A stretch of DNA of 64,000 bases, from the NCBI GenBank assembly GCA_043228905.1, contig JBHGNT010000014.1, positions 5,766,001 through 5,830,000 of the forward strand, given 5' to 3'. Made by a program: the position numbers and the translations under genes. Numbering within the stretch: position 1 is the first letter of the stretch; each line of letters begins with the position of its first letter. Below the pieces are notes generated by a model. The model ran no database searches. It was given only the letters and a program-made list of their open reading frames with translations, and was not told the DNA's origin. The stretch comes from Azolla caroliniana. Taxonomy: Eukaryota; Plantae; Polypodiophyta. Positions 51,603 to 64,000 of the stretch are shown in pieces.

Positions 51603-54600
51603 ATGCGAGGAGGACAACTCGCTGAAGCAATGGCGGCGGCGGTGGACCTCTTGGTAAATGCCTGAGAAGGCATCACCGTCCTAGACTGGGCCATTGAGAC
51701 AGTGGTCAGCACAATTGGTCGGTTCAATGGAAGAGATACCGCGAGCTACTTGGATGCCTATAAGCGAAATGCTTATGCGAAATGTTCCTGAAGATAGGCG
51801 GCTAACCGGATTCGCTAGAGTGGTAACGCCGAGTATCCACGCAGAGGTACTCGAGATCCAAGAAGACTATTGCAATTGGGTGTAGTTCGAAGAAAGACTC
51901 CTCGAGAAGCAAGGCCTTGATGACTCACTCAGAATTTCAAAAAGGGATCTAATGGAGGGGGTTGAGCTTCCCGGCAAGGGGAGAAATACTATGGTGCTTC
52001 TACAAGAATTTGAGAAGCGCTTCACGCAACTCTCGGCTCTGGATAGGATGGTGCTTGACACAAGCAAGGTCCTACTATTCATAAAGGTTGTTGATGCACG
52101 AGACCGAGCGAATGTGGGGTCCCTCCTCGAAACTGATGATGGGCTCACGACGGATTGGGCTATGGTAAAACGGGTTTGTAGTCTCTTCGATAAGAGAAGG
52201 GAATGGAACGACAGGTCTCTGTTGAGTGGCCAAATATCCACAGGCTCCATTAGTGAGACACACAAACCTAGGGGTGGTAGAATACCTCAAGAAAGAGAGC
52301 AAGCAAATGCAAGGTTCATCCCCGAGAGAAACATGGTTGAAGCACTGTCGGGAGGGTCGACAATAGACGAGCTCACAAAGATGGTGTGAGATCTCCAAAT
52401 AGCGCATGCTAGGGGAGAGAGTGGCGGACCTCAAGATCGACGTCCCCCGTTCGTGCAAAGATGTATGTGGTGCGACAACCCCGACCACCTACGAAGGGAG
52501 TGTGGAGACTTTCAAGAGGCCCTAAGAAGGGATATTGTCTATCTTTAGAACAATAGGGTCTATTCAACGGAGACAAGGCACCCCTTGGGATTGAATCAAG
52601 GCCGAGGGGGCATGAGAAGGCTAATGGAGGAGGCTGAAGCACGACATGTTGAAGTCGTCCACTACTTGGCGTCGGCTGGGATCCGAGTGGGGAAAGAGGT
52701 GAGGAGGCAAGAGGAGAAAGAGTTTGACTTTTGGCCGTCAATCCTTGGAAGCCTCTCTAAGTGAATGTTCAAAAGAGAAGAAACGGACGAAGCAGAAAGA
52801 AGGGTCCAAGAAGCAACTGGGTGGAAGGATCTGGTGGAAGAAAAGACTGGCTTAGTGGAAGCCACTTTCCAAAACTACGAAGTAATGGTAGAAGAGAAGA
52901 AGGTAGGAAATGACAAGGAAGTCTGTCCATCAAGGAAATATGACGCTCGAGGTGCACGAAGAAGGGAAGAGCCGAACCAATCTCAAGCACGGGACAAAAG
53001 ATGGAAACAGAAGGGGAACCCCCCCAACTTCAAGCTTTGCTCGGAGATCGAACAAGCAACGGACTTGAAGAAGGTAGTGGAGGAAAGGATCCTCGATAGT
53101 CACGTAGAGTTTACTCTACAAGAGGTCCTCGGATTTGCCAAGAAAGAATTCCACGAGGTCATGATCGACCTAATGAAGAGGAAGCGGTTCTTGACGGAGC
53201 AAGAAGTAGCAAAGCCCGCGATTGTAAATGCATTGTCAACTGAGGTTCCCGAGGAAGACGAAGACTATACGGACACTCACTACACGATGCCGCATTGGGC
53301 AAGGGTGACAACGGAGACACTGATATGAGTTGGGGATGTAAAAGAGCCGGTTGTAGCATTGATCGATCATGTCTCTGAGATCAAGCTTATGTCCATGGAG
53401 TTTTATAAAAAGGGAAAGTGGCCAATCAACACGAAGCACAGGTGGAAGATTAGAGCGGTGACCCGAGCAACCGAGGAGCTATACGGGGCCTGCCCGAATG
53501 TACGTGTGAAGGTGGGGGACATAGAAATAGATCAACATTTCTTTGTTCAAGATACGTCCTCGCCCCTAGTCATCTTGGGTGAACCATACATCACGGCGGC
53601 TCGCATGGAGACGAAGGTGCTAGACAACGGGTCGACATATGCGAGGATCAAGAGCCAAGATGGGAAGCATTCGGTTCAATTCCTTACGGTGAGGCCCAAC
53701 CATGAGCGCAATTGGGCCTCCCTCAAAGGGGAGAGCCAAGAGGATTTTTTATTTGAGCTATTAAAGAGTGGGACAGCAATAGCCCGGGGCAAACTAAGAC
53801 CCTAAACCCTTGTAAAACTATTAAATGTAATAGGAAACAATTTTGGTTCTCCGAAAATGGAGCTTGTAAAATTACTAGTTTAAGTGATAGAGATAAGTCT
53901 AGGGCCAAGAGATACGAAAGGTATCTCAAACAATGTAATTTATTGGGGGAAGATGACACCATAAGCGGCGTTATGGAAGCAGTCTCATTCGACGACACTT
54001 TCAGAGAGATGGAGAGGGCGGTCGTTTCGGGCCTCAATGAAGACAAGGTAATTCCAGTCAACTCAGTTGACATGTACACCGCCATCAAAGAGCTTGGGCG
54101 GTTGATTGAGGAAGCAATGATGGTCAAGGTGCAAACAAAGTACAAGACCGTGGTCAAGAAGGTGAAGCATGTGGCTACCCCATTGCCTAACAATAGTTGG
54201 GATCGGATATAGGGGGTAGCGGCTGATCCTAGCTTGCGGGACCCATGAGGCATAGGGCACCGGTTCACCGACGAGACGTGAGAGAAGCTCCGGATTGGTG
54301 GGGGTGGCTTCCTATTGCCTAGGGAGGAGGAGAGATTTAGAAGGATGATCAAAAGCCACGGAAGGACTTTAGCCTTCTCGTCGGGTGAGATAGGGTGTGT
54401 AAACCCTAAGATCGTGGAACCAATGGTAATCTTTATGGTGCCGCATGTACCGTGGAACATCAAGCCAATCCCGGTTCTGAGAGCTCACATCTCGAAGTTG
54501 ATTGAGCTACTCAAGGAAAAGACCGAGATGGGTATCCTCGAGCCATCAAAGAAGAAAGACACCTTACGCTTCATCAAGGACCTACAACCTGTTAATCAAG

Positions 54601-57600
54601 TGACAATTTGAAATGCAGGAGTTTGTCCAAGCGTTGACAAATTCGTTGAGGCCTTCGCTGGAAGGTCTATTTATTCGATCGGTGATCTATACTCAGGGTA
54701 TGATCAATTCCAACTATCTATGGAGAGTAGGGACATCACGACGATGCAGACCCCTATCGGCCTAGTGCGAATGTGTACCTTGCCACAAGGGGCACTAACT
54801 CTGTAGCCCACATGTTAAATGCAATGAACAAGGTATTGAGAGATTGCATCCCCGACATCACCATGCCGTTCCTCGATGACATCCCCATAAAAGGGTGCTC
54901 TGAAGCGGAGAAAGATGAAACCTTGGACGAGGATGGGTGCAGAAGTTTTGTGGCATATCACATCTTGGATTGCGAGAAGGTTCTACAAAGACTCGAAGAT
55001 GCACGCTTGACATTCTCGGGTGAGAAATCGGCATTCGGCCAACTGGAGATCCTTGTCGTGGGGCGTACGGATAGAAGCCGTCCCCGGCAAAGGTGGACGC
55101 CATCACAGACATGAGGGAAGAATGTAAATCGCAAACAGAGGTGAGGCAATTTCTTGGTGCTTGTGCATTCTACCACATCTGGATCCCGCACTATGATCAC
55201 CTAGCCTAGCCCTTGTATGGGCTACTCAAGAAGGGGTGGAAGTTCAAGTGGGAGGAAGAGCACACAGAGGCAATGAAGAGGCTCAAAGGAATGTTGGTAG
55301 CGGCACCAGCTTTACGAAAAGCCGTATACAAGGAAGGGGTGCCCATCTACGTGACGGTAGATACGAGTCCAACAAGGATCGGATGGGTCATAAACCAAGA
55401 AGGAGAGGATGGTACACGCTACGCCATCCGGTTTGGAGCCAAGGTCTTAAGTGAGTGACAATGAGGATACGCCCAAGTAAAATGTGAGCTTTGGGGTAAT
55501 AGAGACGGATTGCCTTCCAATCCTAGGCATGGTTTCAGAATGTGAAACACCTGACCTAGCTATGCTAAGGTGGATTGCTTATTGTTGGGAATACACGCTT
55601 CGTAAGCACAACGCTCAGCCACAACCGAGCCTAGGATCAAACACAGAAAATGGATACTGAACACATGACACAAAGGAGAGAGAGTACACAGGATGTTTAA
55701 CGTGGAAAACCCTGAGAGGGAAAAACCACGGGAGTCCACAGACTCCAACTATCACTATATCACAATGATTACAACAGTGAGCTCACAGAGGCAACGACCT
55801 CATGCTCACGATCTTCGCCACATGCAGCGGTTAAAATAGAGGCAACGACCTCTTCCTCTCTCTCTCTCTCTCTCTCTGTACACTGTTACGCGCTCTCTAA
55901 TCTTGCGCCAACAAGAATGACAACAACTACACACACACAGTTTGCCCTAAGTCATATTTATACTAATATGACTTTTCGGCTATTTACAAATATAGCCCAG
56001 ATGGCCTCTCAGGAAACATATTTACGAATATGTCCCTTCATCCGGTGGTCACTCTTCGCCAAGCCTGCATCATCCGGCGCTTGACGGGCACTCATCATCC
56101 GGTTCTCACCGGATCTTCATCATCCGGTTCCCATCGGGTCATCCGTAGCTGGGTACTCCTCGTCCGATTCTCACCGGGTCTTCCGTAGTCGGGTACTCCT
56201 TATCCGGTTTCGGAGGGACCTGTCTCCCAACAGGATCCCGCACTATGCTTACCTAGCCTAGCCCTTGTATGGGCTACTCAAGAAGGGGTGGAAGTTCAAG
56301 TGGGAGGAAGAGCACACAGAGGCAATGAAGAGGCTCAAAGGAATGTTGGTAGCGGCACCAACTTTACGAAAAGCCATATACAAGGAAGGGGTGCCCATCT
56401 ACGTGACGGTAGATACGAGTCCAATAGGGATCGGATGGGTCATAAACCAAGAAGGAGAGGATGGTACACGCTACGCCATCCGGTTCGGAGCCAAGGTCTT
56501 AAGTGAGTGACAACAAAGATACGCCCAAGTAAAATGTGAGCTTTGGGGTATTGTATCCGTAGTAAAGGCGGATGAAGATTACCTAATCGGGTCAGAGGTG
56601 GTAATAGAGACAGATTGCCTTCCAAACTTAGGCACGGTTTCAGGATGTGAAACACCTGACCTAGCTATGCTAAGGTGGATTGCTTATATCAAATTAATGA
56701 ACCCGGAGATTCACCACATTTCAGGGAAGAACAATGCCATGGCAGATATGGTATCAAGGGAAAGATTCGAGGGTGAAAGCGACATGGTGTCTGAAGATGA
56801 GGATGTCGCTCTTGACTTCTTTAAGATGGCCCAAGCATCTATAGATGATCAAGATGTGCGAGTACTCCATGCCTTCAACGAAAGTGAATACGAAGGGGAG
56901 TGGCTACACATTGGCAAGTTCTTAAGCTCAATGACGGTGGATAGTTCATGGTCAAAGTAGGAAGCACAGAGAGTCCGAAAGAAAGCGTACAAGTACTTCC
57001 TACGAGGGGGATTCCTCTAGAGGCACCCGAAGAGAAGGACGGGGATGCCACAATGAGTGGTCATAAAGGAAGAAGACCAGACAACATTGGTGTCTAAGCT
57101 CCACGAGAGTTCTTGGGCGGGCCATAGAGGAACGTGGGCAACATTCGAGAAGTTAAAGGAGAAGTATTGGTGGCTGGGAATGTGCAAGGATGTCATCCAT
57201 TTCATGGGGATGTGTGAAAGTTGCCAAATACACCCCAACATACGCCATAGGGACGAGTTGCACCTAACCTACCCACTCACCATAGACTTCAAATGGATGG
57301 TGGATTTGGTTTCGATGCCGATGGGAGTGGGCCAAATGAAATATTTGGTGCTAGCAAAAGAAGACCTAACAAACCAAGTAGAAGGACAAGCCTTGGCAAA
57401 GAAAACAATGGCAAGGGTGTGTAAATTCTTACTCGACGATTTCATTTGCCGGTACAGATGTGTGGTAAAGATAGTGACCGACAGAGGAGAGTTGAACGCT
57501 CATGAAGCTACAGAGCTCTTTGAACAACTTGGAGTGAAGCTCTCTCTCACGACCGCTTATAACCCGGAGGCTAATGGAAGGATAGAACGCAGACACGGGC

Positions 57601-58221
57601 CTATCGTAAAAGCCATTGTAAGAGCTTGCGATGGGCGAGTCAGGAATTGGCCTCAGTTACTGCCTTATGCCTTGTGGGCCGACAAAACAAATCATAGCTC
57701 AGTTAAAGGTTTCATGCCAGCTGAACTCATGTACGGACAAAAGCCGGTGATGCCCATTTAAGACACGATCGCGTCATGGGTAGCGATGTCTAGAAGAGCT
57801 TCTAGTAACAAGGATAAGGCAACTTGAGAGAAGACCCGAAGACTTGGAGTTGGCAAAGGAGAGGTTAGAAGCGGGTAGGCTAAGTAACAAAGCCCGGTTC
57901 GACAAGACACACCGACTACGCCCTCGGAAGATCGAAGAAGGAGATTGGGTGATTGTATATGATAGTAGTCTCAACAATCAACATAGCTCGATGCGGGAAT
58001 TCACAAAGAGATGGTTCGGGCCGTACGTGGTAATGACTGCAAATGATAATGGTACCTACCATCTCGCTAAACTCGATGGGACTAAGCTGGCAGTACCAAT
58101 AGCCAAGAAGCAGGTCAAATCTTCAAAAAGCGACACGACAGGGAGCCAAACCTCGATGACCTTGATGAAGATAAAGGCGAGCAAACAACAAGCCACGGGG
58201 TCAATGAGGAGGAGGAAATGA
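51603..58221 (+). pseudogene. F gag-PR and pol
   Basis: PHWARVTTET; PFLDDIPIKG; VDTSP; HESSWAGHRG; RWFGPY; many stops. Confidence 0.92.
55583..56232 (-). mobile_element. Solo copia LTR (L/M family) flanked by a 402/455-bp host duplication
   Basis: TGTTGGGA...TCCCAACA; 55181-55582 is repeated at 56233-56687. Confidence 0.88.
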
Positions 58222-59164
58222 ACTATGGACCACCCTCAGCCGCCATTCTTGGCACATACCAGAGGATGTGCGGTTTGGTGGTGGTGGATGTCATGATGTG
58301 GCATGCTCGAGAGTGGCAAAAACCGACGAAAGGGGGGGGGGGTCAAAATGTGCATGTGCAATGTGTCTGCACACAAAGGTGATTAATTGCGCACATAAAA
58401 AAGAAAAGGGAAAAGAAAGGGTGGAAAGGATGCATAGAAGCCCGTGTAAAAAGTAAGAGAGAGGAGAGATAAAAAGTAGAGGCCAGACAGGCTAAGAATT
58501 TATAGAGATAGAATCATATATTATATAAGACAAAGTTAATGGGTTAGTGGATAGTCACATTGACTTCTAGCTAGAGGTACATGGTTCAATCTAGTCTTAG
58601 AGTGCAGTGTGATTTAAGGAATTTTATTCCTTTTTGCATTAAACACGAAATTGGCGACCCCCCTTCCTTTTCTCCTATAAAAGGAGGTTGAGGGGGCTCA
58701 TTCGGGAGGACGTTTTGGGAGGAGGAGACTATTGCCATTTTATCTTCGGAGCTCTTCATCTTCTTATTCACCACTTCTCTTCATCTCTCTATACCCTTTC
58801 ATCCCCTCGTCGCCACGTGCTAGTCTTTTTCACGTTTGGCACTCGAAGTGCTCGTGAGCCCAAGCTTCATTGGTTCGACGTTGCTTCGCCCCATTCGTCA
58901 TTCCAAGCCCGTGTGCTCGCCGTTCAAGTGGTCGTGGTTCGTTGGGGTTGGCATTTTGGTGGTGCTCATTTGTTCATCTTCGCCGTGTCCGGATTTGCTC
59001 TTGTCTCGAAGGGCATTTAGTATTTATGTTTTGATTGAGGTTATGGTTAACTATAAGTTGCCATTGTAATCAACTCCTATTTTATAAAGGGTCCTCTTGC
59101 GTTGGAATCGAACACGTATTTATTTCTTTGGCCGATATCATTCGTGTTTCTTTCTTTCTTTCTT

Positions 59165-59980
59165 TCTTTGTTCATGTCTTCCTTGTACGTTCGGCCGTCT
59201 TGTGACGAGGGAGCATTTCGGGCGTGCCCATGCACCTCTCCTCCTCATAAAGATATACGAGCATTTGTGCGTGTGTTTGTGTCTTCCTTGTACGTTCGGC
59301 CTTCTTGTGGCGAGGGAGCATTTCGGGCATGCCCATGCACTTCTTCTCCTCATAAAGGCGTACAAGCATTTTGTGTGTGTGTTTGTGTCTTCCTTGTACG
59401 TTCGGTCATCTCGTGACGAGGGAGCGTTTCGGGCATGCCTATGGACCACTCCTCCTCATAAAGACGTACGAGCATTTGTGTGTGTGTGTGTCTTCCTTGT
59501 ACATTCGGCCGTCTTGTGATGAGGGAGCATTTTGGGCGTGCCCATGCACCTCTCCTCCTCATAAAGACGTACGAGCATTTTGTGCATGTGTTTGTGTGAC
59601 GAGGGAGCATTCGGGCTTGCCCATGCACCTCTCTTGCTCATAAAGGCGTACGAGCATTTTGTGTGTGTGTTTGTGTCTTCCTTGTACGTTCGGCCATCTT
59701 GTGACGAGGGTGCGTTTCGGGCTTGCCCATGCACCTCTCCTCCTTATAAAGACATACGAGCATTTGTGCGTGTCTTTGTGACTTCCTTGTATGTTCGGTC
59801 GTCTTGGGACAAGGGAGCGTTCAGGCTTGCCCATGCACCTCTCCTCCTCATAAAGACATACGGTCATTTGTGGGTGTGTTTTGTGTCTTCCTCGTACGTT
59901 CGACGTCTTTTGACGAGGTAGCGTTTGGGCATGCCCATGCACCTCTCCTCGTCATAAAGACGTATGGGCATTCATGTTTG
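59165..59980 (+). repeat. Eight ~105-bp tandem units in the F 3' LTR
   Basis: Cores at ~59227, 59332, 59438, 59541, 59620, 59726, 59830, 59934. Confidence 0.92.
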
Positions 59981-61866
59981 TGTTATCGTCCCCTTGTGCA
60001 TTCATCTTGGGTGCTCATCTTTGCTTGTACCCGTTTGATCACTTGGCTCGTGCGGTGATCTCGAAAGGTCGACGAGTCTTGATCAACGAAAGCCAGCGGC
60101 CTCACAAAACAAAAGGCAATGAGCCCTTGCTCGGGAAGGGGTCGGGAAGTAGTATTGTTGTAAAGCAAACCTCGGGTCTTCTCTATCCCTTGAATACTCC
60201 CTAGTCCAAGACCCCCATGGTCCCGCCCAAGTAGCACACGAGTGTGAAACCTCGCGACACTGGATATCTTGCAGTTTGCTCGAAGTGTCGACCCGACTAG
60301 CTTAACGTCTGACATGTTGAACCGTTGAAGCACCTTTGTCACGTACTTCTCCTGTGACAGCCACAACTGCTTCTTCGACCGGTCCCGGATTATGTGCATC
60401 CCCAAAATTTGTCTCTCCAGACCCATATCTTTCATTGCAAATGACCAACTCAAAGCCTTCTTCAGCATTCCGATTTTTATACGGTCCCGTCCGACGATCA
60501 GCATGTCATCCACATACAAGAAGAGTATTAGGAAGTTTCCTCCGTTGAACTTTTTCACGAATACACAGTGGTCGGCCTGCGTCTTCAGGTTTTCCTTGTT
60601 CGGTCATGAAGGAATCGAACTTCTGGTACCATTCCAAGAGAGCTTGCTTCAGTCCGTATAAGCTCTTCTTCAAATGGCACACCAAGTGCTCCTTCCCTTT
60701 CCTGACGAATCCTTTCGGTTGTTGCATATAGATCTCTTCTTTGAGGTCACCATGTAGGAACGTCATCTTGACGTGTAGTTACTCTACCTCGAGGTCCATG
60801 CTTGCTGTTATGCTCAACACAGTCCGGATGGATGTCATCTTTACTACCCGGGTAAAGATCTCGTCAAAATCCACCCCCTTTTTCTGCTGAAAACCTTTCA
60901 CCACGATTCGGGCCTTGTACCTCGGTGGATTTCCGGAGTCTCCCGGCTTCAACTTGTACACCCACTTGTTCCGGAGCTCTCTCTTTCCTTTCGGTAGCTC
61001 CGTCAATTCATATATGTGGTTCTCATGTAGGGAATCCATCTCATCCTACATGGCACTTAACCACTTGCGATTGTGGGTGTTTCTCTTTGCTTCTTCGAAG
61101 CTTTAAGGCTCCCCCTCATCGGTCAGCAACACACATCCGGAAATCTCCAGGGGGCTCTTCTGTCCTTGAGAGGATATCTTCTACTTTGGTCTTCAGCCAC
61201 CGGCTTCTCTATTTGCTCTTCATCCGAATCCGATTTGGGTCTTGTCCGGTTCCGGTGTCCAAATCTTCTTGTTTGGTCAGTTCGGTTTTTGGTCCAACTA
61301 CGGCCGGTTCTTTGAGTATCATCCGACTTCAGGCTAGATGGGTCATTATATCCTTCAACCGATCTTTGTCGGTTGGCCCAGAGTCCATTGTCTTCTTCTC
61401 CGACTCCCAGTCAAAAATGTTCTTATCTTCCATAAAGACTATGTCTCGACTCCGGAAGACCTTCTTATCAACCAAGTCCTAGATTCGATAGTTGAACTCA
61501 TCATCACCATATCCCTGGAATATGCATGGTCGGGACTTCAGACCCAACTTTGCTCTCTTGTCCTTTGTAACATGCATGTAGGCGAGATAGTCGAACACCT
61601 TCAAACATGTCTTACCGGTCCATACTTTCTATGGTGAGTCTCCTTCCAAGGGTGTTGAGGCTGATCTGTTCATCACGTAAGTTGTTGTCATTTGCTCCAG
61701 ACACTCTCCATCATGGTTCGGTTCATCCAGCTTTAGTTCCGGTGTCTTCGGCACCGTAAATTCGAGCCAGATTCCCTTCGACTGGCACTCTCTTTGAACT
61801 ACCCCCGGTATTCTCCAAGCAATCACTTCACTTCTCAAGATGCACGTCTTTCACCTCCAGAATGAG

Positions 61867-64000
61867 TGTTGAGAGACAAGCTCACCATTGGGTGCGTAAA
61901 TGGGTGCGTAACCTAGTGCGTAGACTAGGTGCGTAAAACCGTGCGCACAATATAGCCGTAGCGGCGAGTAAATTGAGAGGCTATTAGAATGTTATTCCTC
62001 GTAAGGAATAATTTTGGGAGTAAGTGTAGGATGCTCATTTATGAGCGGTCAAGTACTGTAAGTACTTGTGTCAGCCCAATACTCAGGGCTTGTATAAAAG
62101 GTGATCACTGAGCACGATGTAGATATAGAGAACATACGGAGAATTATTTTTTGAATATAGTTTTCGGTTTCTACTCTGCTCTGCTCTCTCTTTCTCTGTG
62201 ATCTCCGTTTTACCGAACTGTCGTACTTCCGAACCGTGTACTCTATATCTTTCGCATACGCTTCTGCACACGTATTCATTTACATGGTATTAGAGAGCGA
62301 GGGTTAAGACTCCTGTGCAGCCGAAAGCAAAGCTTGCGATAAAGACAGAGTTAAGGTATTATTTTCGGAAAGGATAAGTCAGCAATATGGACAGAGGAAT
62401 GGGAAACTCGCTACCGACTAAGAAGCTTGATAGGAGCAACTACACATCTTGGTCGTACAAGATGCACTAGTACCTGCCTGGTCATGGTTACTGGAGTTAT
62501 GTCCAAGGAGCTAATGAAACAGCACCTGAATCGACACACAGAGATTTTTCGGCTTGGGAACAAGCGGCAAGCAGAGTTCTTTACTGCTTCGTGTCTTGTG
62601 TGAGCGACCAGCTCTTGAGCTACATTCCGGATGCTAAGACACCAAAGGACGCGTGGGCGAATCTCAAGGGGATTTTCGCCGCTAGCACAACGGCCAGGAA
62701 GCTATAGCTCAGGCAGGAGCTCAGCAATGGCCGATAGAAAGATCTGTCTGTGTCCAATTACACAGTCTGAATCAAGGAGATCTGCAAGTCTCTCGCCTCT
62801 GTCAACATGAACATCGAGGAGGAAAAAAAGGTGCAGGTTTGTCTGGGAAAGTTAGCATCAAAGTTCGCAGCATTCCGAACGGCGGTCTAGATAAGGGAGA
62901 ATACGTCTTCATTCTTCGAGCTTCAGTCGATGTTCCTCATGAAGGAAAATCATGTGGGTGCGTCGATGAGTACACACGCTGATGGCAAGATGTTGTACAC
63001 AAAGGAAGATTGGCCCCATGGTCGTGGCGGACGAGATGGATCAACGCGCAATGGAGGCGGCCGAAAAGAGAAGAACGTGTGGCATAATCGAAATGTCGGA
63101 AGCAATTCTGAAACCTCTGGAAGCAGGGGGAGTCATAGCGGCGCTGGAAACTGACAAGAGAAGGTCGTGACGGAATGCTGGTATTGTGGCAAGAAAGGCC
63201 ACATGGAGGGCGAGTGCTGGAAGAAGAGAGCCGATTCAGACAAAGCTAGATCGAGCGGAAGAGACGCAAGAAGGCATTAGAAATCACACTACGCCGAGGG
63301 CTCCGAATGAGCCGGAATTGGATCGGGCCCAACCTTCATAATGAAGCACAAGGCCAATTCGATGGCCGTGAACACCTCCAAACCAAGCGAGGTGTGGTAT
63401 GTTGATTCCGGATCGGCAAATCATATGATGAGTCATGAGGAATGGTTCTCGTACTTGGAGAAGCCGGAAAAACAAGGAGTGGTCGAAACGGGAGATGGCA
63501 CTCCTCATACCATCAAACATGTCGATGAAGTTCCCCTTAGCCACATCAGGCAGAAAGGGAAACTCATGAACGTGCTACATGTCCCGATAATAACCAAGAA
63601 TCTATTGTCGGTCGGTCAGATTGTCCACCAAGGGATGCAAGTTCGATTCACGCACCTCGGGTGCTACATCGAAGAGGAAGGCCAAGTCATCGCGCAAGGG
63701 CACCGTGAAGGGACGATGTTCATCCTCGACACCAATCAAGCTGGAACCGTGTTGTTTGCGAAAGGACAGAAGGTTGAATCGGATATCGACATGTCGCACA
63801 AGTGGTTCAACCACGTTAACTTCCCACGGCTTCGTGAAATGCAGACAACATTGTTTTCGGTTTGCCAAAATTCTGTGGCCGGAATGGCCAAGTCTGCGAA
63901 GCCTGCCAACTCGGGAAGCAACACCAACTTCCATTCCCCAATGAACATAATCATAGTCGAAATCCATTGGGTGTGATCCATTTGGATGTGTGGGGACCAG
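61867..64000 (+). mobile_element. Copia element K, 5' part: LTR 61867-62284, iMet-type PBS, degenerate gag-PR-preINT
   Basis: TGTTGAGAG...TTTACA then TGGTATTAGAG; CWYCGKKGHMEGEC; WYVDSGSANHM. Confidence 0.9.

Larger units (their letters stand above)
43189..60259 (+). mobile_element. Element F: full-length degenerate gypsy; 5' LTR 43189-43950 plus 50905-51557; 3' LTR 58289-60259
   Basis: Matching LTR blocks; Trp PBS 51563; hairpin-PPT 58251-58288; flanks CCAG and CTGG, both consistent with decayed CCGG. Confidence 0.9.
36117..61866 (-). mobile_element. Copia element M: 3' LTR 36117-36474 plus 42332-42478; pol pieces 42479-43188 and 60260-61866
   Basis: LTR rejoins across L; PPT AGGGGGAGCT; RT rejoins across F; cut by K. 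Confidence 0.83.

Noticed and set aside
57844-58221. Chromodomain at the integrase C-terminus
   Set aside because: Only a short acidic tail follows GPY/F in A, D and F
59165-59980. CRISPR-like array (also 12150-12850 and 50905-51280)
   Set aside because: The linkers are homologous to each other, there are no cas genes, and the arrays lie inside LTRs

Overview
This is eukaryotic, almost certainly plant, heterochromatin-like DNA (probably a non-seed land plant; inference) with no host gene. The window reads as one nested stack of about 19 LTR-retrotransposon insertions, up to six levels deep, inside an old Ty1/copia (J). Three groups are present. (1) A Ty3/gypsy lineage with TGTCG...CGACA termini, a tRNA-Trp PBS and no chromodomain (A, B, C, D, E, F, O and two solo LTRs). 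(2) An Athila/Tat-like gypsy lineage with an accessory coiled-coil ORF after pol (G, H). (3) Two copia families (I/N/K and J/L/M plus related LTRs). Group 1 is the most interesting. All nine readable target sites are 4-bp CpG-centred NCGN sites, two of them decayed. Its LTRs carry CpG-rich hairpin tandem arrays into which relatives have inserted, and tRNA-derived A/B-box modules in either orientation. Pol appears to be reached by a -1 frameshift (GGAUUUU plus stem/pseudoknot) placed after protease. Co-varying hairpins sit next to the PPT and in U5, and gag-only non-autonomous partners are present. Lineage names come from recalled motifs, not database searches. Element letters are my own labels.
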